Assembly (NCBI RefSeq): GCF_006345805.1
Contig: NC_043025.1
Location: 2,852,001-2,916,000, forward strand
DNA length: 64,000 bases
Source: Octopus sinensis
Lineage: Eukaryota
Reading direction: 5' to 3'
The notes under the pieces are model-generated. The model searched no databases. It worked only from the letters and a program-made list of their open reading frames with translations, and was not told where the DNA came from. Each line of letters opens with the position of its first letter. Position 1 is the first letter of the stretch. Below are positions 24,588-36,479 of the stretch, one piece after another. A program made the position numbers and the translations under genes.

Positions 24588-25090
24588 CTGAAAATAAAGA
24601 GACAAATATTACACACGTCAAGATAATTAAAAGTAAATAACTTTGTTTTCTGTTGTTCAATACCGTCTAAATTGCTCTTTTGTCAACACCAAGAGAATAA
24701 AAACTGATGCTCACAGACAATTGTTTATTTCTCTTCATAGTTCTCATAGAAATGCTGTTTGAACAGGAATAAGTTTCTTCAATCTAACTTAATTATCCTT
24801 AGAGAATACATTCTACTAACCAAACAGCAAAAGATGATAAAATATAAAAATAAAGGAACAACGACACTTTATGTGCACAATATGGGTTTTACGTAACATT
24901 TTATTCATGTAATATATATATATAATAATAATAATAATTAATAAATCTCCGAACGAGATGTAAACAGTAACCTCTCGACAACGTATAATGTACTAGCCAG
25001 ACAGTTTTTCTAAATCAGTGACTGTCGTTGCTGGGAAAAACATTAAATAGTTATTTGCAAAGGTCTCCTTCATCGAAAACCGGTGTTTAC

Positions 25091-25135
25091 CATACGTTGA
25101 CGAGAGGCAAAAACCTTGAAACTATAGTCCGTATG
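25091..25135 (+). ncRNA. Minimal type I hammerhead ribozyme motif (U3 variant)
   Basis: CATACG TTGACGA gagg caaaaa cctt GAAAC tata GTC CGTATG: 6-bp stem I, palindromic stem III/loop ctatag; sits in a larger hairpin 25052-25180. Confidence 0.78.
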
Positions 25136-25309
25136 TATCACTTAGGTTTTCGAGGGAGGATGACCTCCCTTTGCAAATATCATAAGTGAACAGAAATTGT
25201 GTCTAAGGCCAGCTGGAGACGTGGATCTCCTGGGGCTAAAAGCGTCAGTAACACCCACCCCCAGTGGCTAGCCACATTCAGATGGCTAGTACACTATACG
25301 TTAATAGTA

Positions 25310-26990
25310 ATAATATTAGGGAGTAAATCCAAACTTACAGTGAAAAATTAGATTTAGGGTTAAATCAAATTTCACAGTATAAATATAAATTAAATTAGAG
25401 ATATAACCATTATTAGGAAAATCAAACAGTGAATAATATAAAAATAAATATAATTAAATATAATATACAAAATATATAAAATTCAAAATTTAAATTATTT
25501 AAATTTAAAATTTTTAATTTATATTTATAAATTTTTATATTTTTTATATTTTTAAAATTTTAAATTTATAAATTTTAAATCTTTTTATTATTTAATTTTT
25601 TAATTTTTTAATTTCTTAATATTTTTATTTTGTTAATGTTTTTATATAACTATCAAAAAGTATTAAAAAGTTTAATATAATATAATTAAAACCACTACTT
25701 ATGTTTCATGGCCATAACCCGATTCGAATTACAATAATTTAAATTCAATTAAAAATTCGAATTATAATTATAGTCAATCTTCAGGTTAATGATAATAGTT
25801 AAATAAATAAGCAAATATAGTTAAACAATATTTTTAAAGAAATAAATAAAATAATAATTTTTCTTATAAAAACTCCATTATCAAATTAGAATCTTTAACG
25901 ATTAGGATTATGTCATACAATCCAATTTTAACATTAAATATTAATTTTTAAGGTAAAAATAGATAGAAAATGTATTTATTAAGATATAATAAGGTTTTAA
26001 AAAACATAATGAACTCACGAATAACCTAATCTCTGTTATAGTCAATATCTAATTACCAAATTATTTAACAAAAAAATAATTACTATTCATATTTTTAAAT
26101 TTAGGTTCAAATCTAATAAGAATAATAAGAATTTAAGAATAATAACTAAATTATTATCAATAAATGTAATAATTAAGATCTAAAATTTTCTCTAACAATA
26201 AATATATATATACGTATAATGAAAACTAAATAAATTAATTATTCCATTATTACTTACGAAATATATAAAAAATTAAAGATGAAAAAGCAAATTATAAACT
26301 ATCTTTAAAAAACCGTATAACTATTTAACGATCAATATATCTCGTTGGCCTATAAATCGTGTCATTAACTAAATTAATAATCAACAAATGGAAAATTATT
26401 TTAACAATGAAAACTACGAATATATTTTATCAATGAAAAATACTAATACAACTTATCAATGGAAAATGGCTATATTTAAGCTATAAGAGATGTTTATGAA
26501 TATATAATATGGCTTAAAAACATAATAAACTCGCGAATATCCTTAACTCAGTTATAGTCCAAAAATGTAATTACCAAATTATTTAACTAAATAATCATTT
26601 TTCATATTTTAGATTTAAGTACACATTTAATAGTTATTAAATATTTTAAAATAATAACTAAATTATTATCAACAAATATAGTGATAAAAATATAACATTT
26701 ACGCTATCAATAAATGTATAGACATATAAAGAAAAATAAATTAATTAATTTATCTAATACTACTTACATAAATATTAAATATTAATATAATATAATTATG
26801 AGATACATTAAAAGAATTAAAGATTAAAATCAAAATATAAACCAGTAACTTAACTTTAAAAAACCGTAAGATAATTAAGTATCTATATATCTCTTTGGCT
26901 AAGTAATATCTTACAAATAACGTAGAGTTATAATCTAATTATGTACATATCTTTAACAACTAAATCATCAAATAACAATCAGTATTTATA
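25310..26990. repeat. Extremely AT-rich block with about 520-bp tandem duplication and a degenerate minus-strand hammerhead (25690-25790)
   Basis: aaaaacataat.aactc.cgaata..gttatagtc..taattaccaaattatttaac at about 26000 and 26516; CTGAAGA..GAAACataaGTA on the minus strand. Confidence 0.7.
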
Positions 26991-28591
26991 TAGTACTAGC
27001 ATTAAAGACCCGTCGTTGCTGGGTCATAGTGCTAGTGCATGTATATATGAGTATATATATGTGTATATATATGTGTACATATTACATGTACATCTATATA
27101 TATACATTTACACATAAAATACAAAATACAACGTTATATCTTGATATCGCTAGTGATAAAAATACTCAAAATATATAACAGACTGGAATTGTTAGCCCGT
27201 CTCTTGTAATTTCGATTAATTGTATCTTGTCCTCCCTCTTGTATACAAGTGTGGCTACAATCTAGCCTACCTCTACTTCTGGTGGAGGGGGGGCATTTTA
27301 ATTTTTTTCCGGGACGGCCATCGTCGCAGATATAAAGGTAAAAATAAAATATTTCCACTTTGCAAGTTCGAGCCGAGTACTCCTTTGCAGGCTCCGTTGA
27401 CTCAAACCTTTCTTCTATTGTGGCGAATTTACCGCCTCTGATTACATATCTTTCATAGTCGCACTAAGACACTTTTCGAAGGTGCTTTCCTACATGTGTT
27501 CAAATCTTTTTTTTCTACATTGTATACTTTATAGACAATAGTCTTTTCTTTAATTTAATTTTTTATTATCCATCTGGACTATTCCATTTCTGCACGCTAA
27601 TTTTATTTTTAATTTATTCCCATTCTTGTGAAACCACTTATTCAAGTTCAAGTCATTGATGCAATTTTATACCAATTGCTATTTTTACTTTTGTTATGTT
27701 ACGATTATATTATATCTTTGTTTGATTTTAGTTATTACTTACTACATATAATTCAATTGTTATTATTATTTTTATTGTTAAAGTGAAAGTACCTGACATA
27801 AAATACAAAAATGTTTTTGTTTCACTAAAAGTACTCCAGTGGCAATGTAATGATATAAGAACTTTAAAAAAAATGAATTATTACAATAACATTGACTATC
27901 TTCAGACTAGTTCACAACTTTAAGCATCATATTCGAAGAACATAAAACAATAAAAGTTCATCTTTAGCTTTTAGTAGAAATTAATTTGAACAATGAAGAA
28001 GAAAATGAAAAGTAAGGATACCTCATCAGACTTTATTGGAAATCATAGGCAAACAAATAGAATCATTAGAACACATCAACGTGGGTTCGATTGTTACCAA
28101 TTATTCGTCGATTAAAGCCACATCACTTTTTCGTGGTTAATACTTTTTAACGTGGTTTTCAATAAAAGATTCTTCTCAGTGTGCACCTCTTGAAAAATCT
28201 GATTAATCTATAGTTTTCTTTTAAAAGGATTGGGATATGTTGATTCAAAGTTACTTTTCCCTTTACACTACCATTTTCACACCATATATTTTGAAATAAA
28301 TTTCTAACTTCTAATTATTTGAGTTTAAAATGTAACTTACAACTCGATCATCATTATACGAAAAGACCAATTTTAATTTGATTGAGAAGTGATTTAAGGA
28401 ATAAATCTAGAAGTGCTGCGAGTAACTAACAGTTGTCATTAAGAGTATATTCATGACTGCCGTGGGTGAATAATATATATATATATATAATTAATTAATA
28501 AGGGTGAGAGAATTAGATACTAATTTAATAGTATACCTATTCAACACCAAGTGGCCCAGTGCCCCGAGAAACCTGGATTATTATAATATTT

Positions 28592-28865
<274 letters not shown>

Positions 28866-28999
28866 AACACTAAATTTCTAAATCTCTCATAGAGACATGT
28901 ACGGTGGTGGGGCGATAGAATGGTTGTATACTGTCAATCTAACACGAACGGGACAGTAGGGGGTACACCACCGCTGTTTAGCCCTAGGAAGCATCGACG

Positions 29000-29480
29000 A
29001 GAGTGAATGCGAGACCAAGGTAGAAGACAGGATGAGGAAGAACAAACACAGTACAAGGAACAACAAAGATTGATATTTCTGTGGAGAATGGGAAACATGA
29101 ATGATATGCAGTGTGCGCAGTATCAGGACCAACAGAAAAGCGTAATGTAACAGACAAGGGAGAATATGGATGATTTGGAAAGGGCTGCTTTACTCCAAGG
29201 TCAAACAGAGAGACATCAAGACGGAGTTGCAAGTATGAATGCTGAACAGGCCTTACGTTTGCGAGATGAACAGGTGCAACGAAAGCGTGAAGGAAGACAT
29301 GGACTACCACTGAACAGACACAATAATCCTAAACGAACCTATCGTATTGGTGATATGTACTTATATTGCGAGTATTGTGGAGCACTGAACTTTAAGTATG
29401 AAAACTTCATGTTCTGTCACAATAAGAAAGTGAATTTTACCCCACTGCAACTAAACCCTCAGACATTGAAGCGTTTGTCG
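29000..29480 (+). mobile_element. Helitron N-terminal coding remnant, copy 1
   Basis: RIGDMYLYCEYCGALNFKYENFMFCHNKKVNF resembles the Helitron N-terminal CxxCxAxxFxxE..CC..GKV zinc motif. Confidence 0.65.
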
Positions 29481-29535
29481 AAGGGGAGACAAACACCCCC
29501 GGCCGCCCGGGCTGCATCTAGGGACACTTTGCAAT

Positions 29536-30460
29536 AACTCATATTATTGAACCAGTACCTCAAACGAGTGAGGATGAATATATTTCTATACGTTCTTTTC
29601 TTGAAGTGAGTATAACTCTGCATAAATATATATTTCATAATATACCCACCTATAGACACAAATGCAAACATATATATTCACGTGCAATCGTACACTCATA
29701 CACAAAATGTTAGACGTTAATGCAGACACATACAGACACAAACACTCATAGACACCTTCATACACACTTCAACATGAAAATAGTAGCAGAACGTTAGTTA
29801 GAGATACAGAGAAAAACAGGAAGATGAGAAGACATTAAGTTCCTAGAAAAATTTTGTAAATAAAATAATATCAAAAAACTTAAGCATCTTACAATTTCCG
29901 TAAACTTGGAAGATTTTGAAAGGATCCCTGTGGGATGGTTGTGATATTATTCCTACTGAGATCTCTGAAACATAAAACGCAGTTCAAAAGAAAGAGTATT
30001 AAAAAGATTTCTTATAAACTATTAAATCTTGTATCTTTAGAATGATATTAATAAAAAGAGGACGATGATGTTGATGATGATGATGATGACGAGGAGGATT
30101 GCGATGTTGATTGTAAATGTTATGATAATGACGCTGAGAAGGGAAAATGGTGATGATTATTATCGAAAACGATGAGAAACGCTACCGATTAATTGGTGAT
30201 GACGACGTTGATTATTATGAGGTTCATAACGAAGGTGATGATGATTCTGCATGCTAGAAATAGCAGAGTAAATGGTGGAAGGAAATAGTTATGATGACAA
30301 GATAAATTATAACGATTAGTGAAAACGAAAATATGGTTAGCAGAAGGACTATGAATATGATAGCATTGAAGATGATACTGATGATGATGATGATGATGAC
30401 GACGATGATGATGATGATGATGATGATGATGATACTGACGATGATGATGATGATGATGAT
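29536..30460 (+). repeat. Composite Helitron-associated block, long type, copy 1
   Basis: gtgaggatgaatatatttctatacgttcttttcttgaag.. shared with 35270, 45420, 50070 and 61490; truncated by a minus-strand Helitron 5' end at 30460-30640. Confidence 0.85.
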
Positions 30461-30639
30461 TGGTTGTGTAGTTCTCAAGTTTTAGGGAATCGTAGTTGAG
30501 AAGATATGATATTACTAATTAAGGCATGTGTAAAATTTGAATGAAATTGGTTGTGTAGTTCTCAAGTTTTAGGGAAACACACAGACAAACAGACAGACAC
30601 ACACACACACACACATTCTCAGTTTTATATATATAAAGA

Positions 30640-31525
30640 TATTACAATTAAGAAATATATACATTATAATTAAAATATATATATTTCAATTAAAATAAAG
30701 GTTACACACAGTAAATTCCATCTCTACAAGATCCCAGTTGATGTTGTTACTTCTTCTCATATATTCTACCGTTGGTTGTGCTACGGCGAGATAGAAATTC
30801 GCAGTTTACGGTTATTTGATCCTTGTTCCAATGCTGTGCTTATGAATTAAACAAATTACAAAACTTAATTGAACAATGGATAGTTAAAGGAGATTAGAAG
30901 CTACTCGCAAGAGGGTTGGGCACTAGAGGCAGCGGATAAGAGAAGAACAGCAGTAAGAAACCAGAGAAAGGGAAAAATGGTACCAACAGATGAGACGATC
31001 TGCAATAGATGAAGAGCAACGCAAGGCACAATTGTAGTGAGAGAGAATGCGAGACCAAGGTAGAAGACAGGATGCGGAAGAAGGAACACAGTACAAGGAA
31101 CAACAAAGATTGATATTTCTGCGGAGAATGGGAAACATGAATGATATGCAGTGTGCGCAGTATCAGGACCAACAGAAAAGCGTAATGTAACAGAGAAGGG
31201 AGAATATGGATGATTTGGAAAGGGCTGCTTGTCTCCAAGGTCAAACAGAGAGACATCAAGGTGGAATTGCAAGTATGAATGCTGAACAGGCGTTACGTTT
31301 GCGAGATGAACAGGTGCAACGAAAGCGTGAAGGAAGACATGGACTACCACTGAACAGACACAATAATCCTAAACGAACCTATCGTATTGGTGATATGTAC
31401 TTATATTGCGAGTATTGTGGAGCACTGAACTTTAAATGTTCTTTCACAATAATAAAGTGAATTTTCCTCCACTGCAACTAAAACCTCAGACATTGAAGCG
31501 TTTGTCTGAGAAAATTACCAAGAGT
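30640..31525 (+). mobile_element. Helitron N-terminal remnant, copy 2
   Basis: Near-identical to 29000-29480 and 48065-49100. Confidence 0.7.
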
Positions 31526-31799
31526 AATTTCAACAATATTTTTTGTTTATCAATTGTAAAAATTTAAAATTATGAATTAGAAAAACATGTTTTTATGTTT
31601 ATAAGTTTCGGTAAAATGAAGTATGATTTTAAATGTTCATACATTTCAATAATATATAAAAAATGTGGATCATTTTGCTCAAATGCACAAAATTCAATAG
31701 TGTTAGTAGTGATCGATAAGAAATGTGGAGTATCAAAGTTTCGGCCATACTGAGTTAAGAGGGAGAAAAACAAGGGAGAAATGAAGATAGTGAAAAAAG

Positions 31800-32310
31800 G
31801 GTTTTTGCTTACAGTTTCTGTGATTCTCTTACCGACATGTGCAGGATCTTTTGCTTGTAAAGGCGTTTTTTAGAATCCGGTGTATTTACGATTTTTTTCC
31901 GTGAACGGATCTGATATTTGTTGACGTCTTATTTTTCTGGTGGTCAAGATTTTCATTCTGCCTGGTTGGCTTACCTGTGGGGAACGGTCATCAGCCATTC
32001 TAGTTGGTTGATTCTCATAAAGGGTAATTTTGTTGTATTTGCTGAAGTTCGATTTTGATTGTAAGTCAAATTTCATCGTTAGGTGACGTCAACAACTGGT
32101 ATATGTATGGTGATATTGTATGGCGATTCGGATTTGCGATTTCGAAACCCGAGTACAAAAATGTTACTAAAGCGTTTTGAATTATATCTGTTGTATCTCG
32201 TTTGTTTTTTCTTTGTGGAGAAAGTGGGCCCTTTTCTTTTTTCGCTTTCGTGTTTAAACAGAGGTGAATAAGAGGGAATGAATTAAACGATATTCTTTAT
32301 TCCATAATAC
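31800..32310 (-). mobile_element. Very decayed Penelope-like C-terminal remnant
   Basis: NIV*FIPSYS resembles the PLE IIWFNPPYS motif; otherwise weak. Confidence 0.3.
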
Positions 32311-32689
32311 TATAATTTTTACTACATGATTTCACAACCATTGTACATGGTTCAGATGATGTAATTAATAAATTGCGTAATCCTTACCATCTACCAGAGG
32401 TGTAAAACATGCTTAGCAGGTGAGTATTTCAATAAGTTCTACGTTCCACCTTTAAGGAATTGATGAAACACGATGTAAATTATATCATCTCATCAAGAAC
32501 TACTGATGTGATGTGTAGACACAATTGCATTGATATAGAATAAAGAAAGTCGCTGATACCATTCGCTTATTCTTCATTAGGTATATATGCATGTATGTAT
32601 GTATGTACCAATCCTCTCTCTTTTACTTCTGTTGTGTGGACGCCCCCAGACGATGAAGTAGGCTAGCACAATACGTAGATATAGAGGGA

Positions 32690-34290
32690 GAAGTCTGGAC
32701 GTCGAAGTAGAGTCGAGTTGAGTAGAGAATTTTGGAGTTGATAGGTGTTGATTTTGAGGTCGAGTTGCTGAAGTTGAGTTGTATTTGTGAGTGGAACGTG
32801 AATTTATTGCTGATTGTTGCTGTTGTTGATACCGTTGTTAATATCGTTAAAGTTTTGTTGAGTTGATTTTTCCCATTGGGGAAAATGGAGAAGGCGCCAG
32901 CGGGCGGTCACAGCTGTGCAGCCGCAACTGGAGGAGAAGCGGGGAGAGAAGCATTGGAGACTTTTGAAGTAGAGGTCAAGGCCAAGAGGATGAAGGCTGG
33001 CGAGAGGATGCTGAGGGGGCAAGGCGAGAAGATAAAATTGACACCACCCGAGTTGCTAGTGAATAGCGTTATGAGGAGGACAGTGACATACAGGACTGTG
33101 AGGGTCGCTACAGGAAGGATCGAGATAGCAACTGTGAAGGGGATCGAGAGGATGTTGGAAGGCATGAAAGGTTGATAACCTTCGGAACAGGATGCAGGGA
33201 GTATGCAACTGTGGATGTGCGTTTCACATCGGAGGAGGAAGCGATGAGGCATGCTACGGAGGCGGTCCGCTCAGAAGAATGGATTCTTCTGCCATCCTGT
33301 TGCGGCGGATGTGTGGCGAGTGTTCGGTTGGGCCAGGTGGAGGAGGCATGGCTGATGACGGCCATTGTGTACAACATCGAGGACGAGGCTGGAATATTGA
33401 GGGCCACCAGAGCAAACAAGCTGCTGGGGCTGTGGGTTGGAGCTAACAACCCAGGCTAAAGTGTAGGACTTGAACGGAATGGCAGAGGGAATAGTGTTGC
33501 ACTGGGAGTGAAAATGGTAAGCAGGCCGCTTGTGTGATTCGAGTGTTGCGAGGAGAGACACATGAAGGCGAGATGCCCAGGGAGGGAGCAGAGAGAGATT
33601 GAATAGGGTGTCGAGCAGGCATTGAAAGTAGAGAATAATGAGAAAACAGCGGAAGAAGAATTCACGCTAGTGGAAAGAAAAAGGAGGAGTGGTAGGGTAA
33701 GCCCGCCACCGACTAACAGGAAATGAAGAAAGAAGAGGTGGGAAAGAAAGAGATAACGAGAGAGAAAGATGATAAAAGTGAGGCGGAAAAGGAAAGTGAA
33801 GAAATAATTAAGAAGGTGTGTGACAATGAGTCAGAGAAGGAGGAAGCAAGTATGAAGATGACAGGTGAATTGACGGAAGATTCAGGAACTCAACTACAAG
33901 AGGGTGAGATGGAGAAACTGAAGACGGAGAAAGAGAAGGTCTCAGACTCAGAGAAGTGTATAGAGGAACCTATAAGAAGAAAAGTAGTAAAACAAGAAAG
34001 GAGAAGACCGAAACGGGGTGAGAACAAATGGAATTTTGTGACGTATTCTAAGAACAATGAAGTGCAGAGACAAATCGTAAAGTTCAGGCACATCATAAGG
34101 TAAATTTTTCCGATGACGTGTACCAAGAGAGTGTAAAGGTCATTGTGGTCGATAGGGGAACCTATAGGAAACTTAGAGATATGTGCGGGGATTGAATTGA
34201 CCCAGCCAGAGCGTTGGTGGCGTTCAACGTGCTGCCCCCAGTAATTGATCTGTTAGAACAGGAGCCGTATATGAGACGTTAAAGGGGGGG
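32690..34290 (+). mobile_element. LINE ORF1 (gag-like, CCHC knuckle) element without ORF2
   Basis: Interrupted ORF from 32876 with RRM-like VDVRFTSEEEA, knuckle *FECCEERHMKARCP and an E/K-rich tail; gagttg-repeat 5' UTR; ends at about 34290 with no endonuclease or RT. Confidence 0.6.
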
Positions 34291-34369
34291 AAAAGGAATA
34301 AAAGAAAGGAAAACGTTTCATATTTGTGTCTTATTTCGCAAAGCGACTTTTCCGAAGGAAATGGATTTA

Positions 34370-34604
34370 TAACTCAGGTAGTATAAGTTACTTTTATTAA
34401 ATATAACTCGGCCGGGAACTATATGATACCACTTCGTATTTATACGCCAAGTTTCTAACAGTTACCGTGTACCCTATTAACTAACATACACGGGTTTGTT
34501 CGGTTGAAGACCAGAGTACACGCAGAGGGTCAGAATACAGAAGCAAAATTGTTATCACAAAGCCGTACCAACGTCTAAGCGTATATTCACACACACAAAC
34601 ACAT

Positions 34605-34659
<55 letters not shown>

Positions 34660-34870
34660 CACGCACATGAGGGAAATGGAAAATTGATTTTATGAGATTC
34701 GTTAATCACTACGGCCGTTTCAGCCCGTCTTCAATCGGCAACTCACGGATGAGATAATGGTCGAGTGGACTCGGTGCATCTTTCTGTGCAGATATTTCTC
34801 ATCAGTTGACGTTTCAAAAAGCACCTCGCTCAATAAACTCGGTTTCAGTCGGTTCGATTATAATGTATTT
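34370..34870 (+). repeat. Inverted duplicate of 56355-56872 (mariner end, SINE-like segment, (CA)n and about 200-bp block)
   Basis: e.g. ctcacggatgagataatggtcgagtgg..cggtgcatctttct.tgcagat.tttctcatcagttgac at 34742-34810 is the reverse complement of 56410-56478. Confidence 0.85.
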
Positions 34871-35179
34871 CGTTATGTTAAGAAGAACAACAATAACAAC
34901 AACAACAACAAAATCAGTAACAACGAGGAAGTCGATGATGAAGAAAAGATAATAAAAGTAGCAAGAAAACAGACAAGATGGACAATAAAAACAATATGAC
35001 AATTACGAATGAGGATAGAAATGACAATAAAAATATATCAACGTAAGTAATATCATTACACACACAGACAAACGTACGAGGGACACACCAAACATTGTCT
35101 TTTATTGTGGACGACTGACTACTCTAACATCCTTCCTAAAGAAATTGAAACGGCATAAGCAGTCATCACACTGGAGAGT

Positions 35180-36430
35180 TTGACCAAATTGCCCCAGCTG
35201 TGGCTCACTGTACAAATAGAAAATGACGACTGCCAACTTCAGCACGTCATGTAATTGTAGAGTTTTTAATAACTCATATTATTGAACAAGTATCTCAAAC
35301 GAGTGAGGATGAATATATTTCTATACTTTCTTCTCTTGAAGTGAGTATAACTCTCCATAAATATATATTTCATAATATACCCACCTGTAGACACAAATGC
35401 AAACATAGATATTCACGTGCAATCGTACACTCATACACAAATTCCAGAGACTTTCATACACACTCCAACACGAATATGGTAGCGGAATATACGTTAGAGA
35501 TACAGAGAGAAAAAGAAAGATGAAAAGACATTAAGTTCCTAGAAAAATTTCGTAAATAAAATATCAAAAAACTTAAGCAACTTACAAGAAGATTAAACTT
35601 GGAAGATTTCGAAAGGCTCCTTGTTGGATGGTTGTGATCTGATTCTTCCAGAAATTTCTGAAACATAAAACACGGGTCAAAAGAAAGAGTATTAAAAAGA
35701 TTTCTGATAAAATATTAAATTTTGTATCTTTAGAATCATATTAAGAAGAAAACGACGATAACGGAGAAAATGGCCGAGATGATGTTTATGTTGATGATGA
35801 GGGGGAGGAGGATGGCGATGTTGATGGTAAATGTTGTAATAAGGACGGTGCGGAGGATTCGGGGGATAATGATGATGATTATTATCGAGAACGTCGAGAA
35901 AGGCTTCGATGAATTGGTGATGACGATGTTGATTATTGCGATGTTCATATCGAAGGTGATGACGACCTTATAATAATTCTGCTTGTCATTATGTTAATTA
36001 GTCCGTCGGTAACGCTTTCTCGTGATAGGTGAATGCAAAGAGAGACCAAGAGAAAGAAAAAGGAGAGAGAAAAAGAGGAAGAGGGCATGTGGTAGGGGGA
36101 ACGAAATATTTATTACACGATAAAAAAGTTAGTTGAAGGTCGTGATATTGAGGAGGGTTAGGAATATAATTTAGGTAGAGGGGTGATGTTCTGATGGTGA
36201 GATTAAAGAAAAACATATATATATATATATGTATATAGATAGAGAGATAGATATATATATGTATTTATGTATATATATATATATCAGTAGATAAGAAGGG
36301 AAGCTAAGAGAGATGGTGGCAGTGGTGGTGGGTGATGTGGTAGTAAGTATTTTAAATCCCCTATCACCTAACGCATGATCAGAAATGCAATTCCATGAAA
36401 TATTCACACTTATATACAGTGTCATATGTA
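35180..36430 (+). repeat. Composite block, short type, copy 1
   Basis: Closely matches 49980-51070 (aattccagagactttcat.cacactccaacacgaat.tggtagcggaatatacg). Confidence 0.85.
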
Positions 36431-36479
36431 CGGCGTATAAATAAATTACAATTAAATATATATTATAATGAAAGTACCA

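Noticed and set aside
25310-26990. Mitochondrial insertion (NUMT) suggested by extreme AT content
   Set aside because: No recognisable mitochondrial gene or tRNA motifs; better explained as a duplicated repeat.
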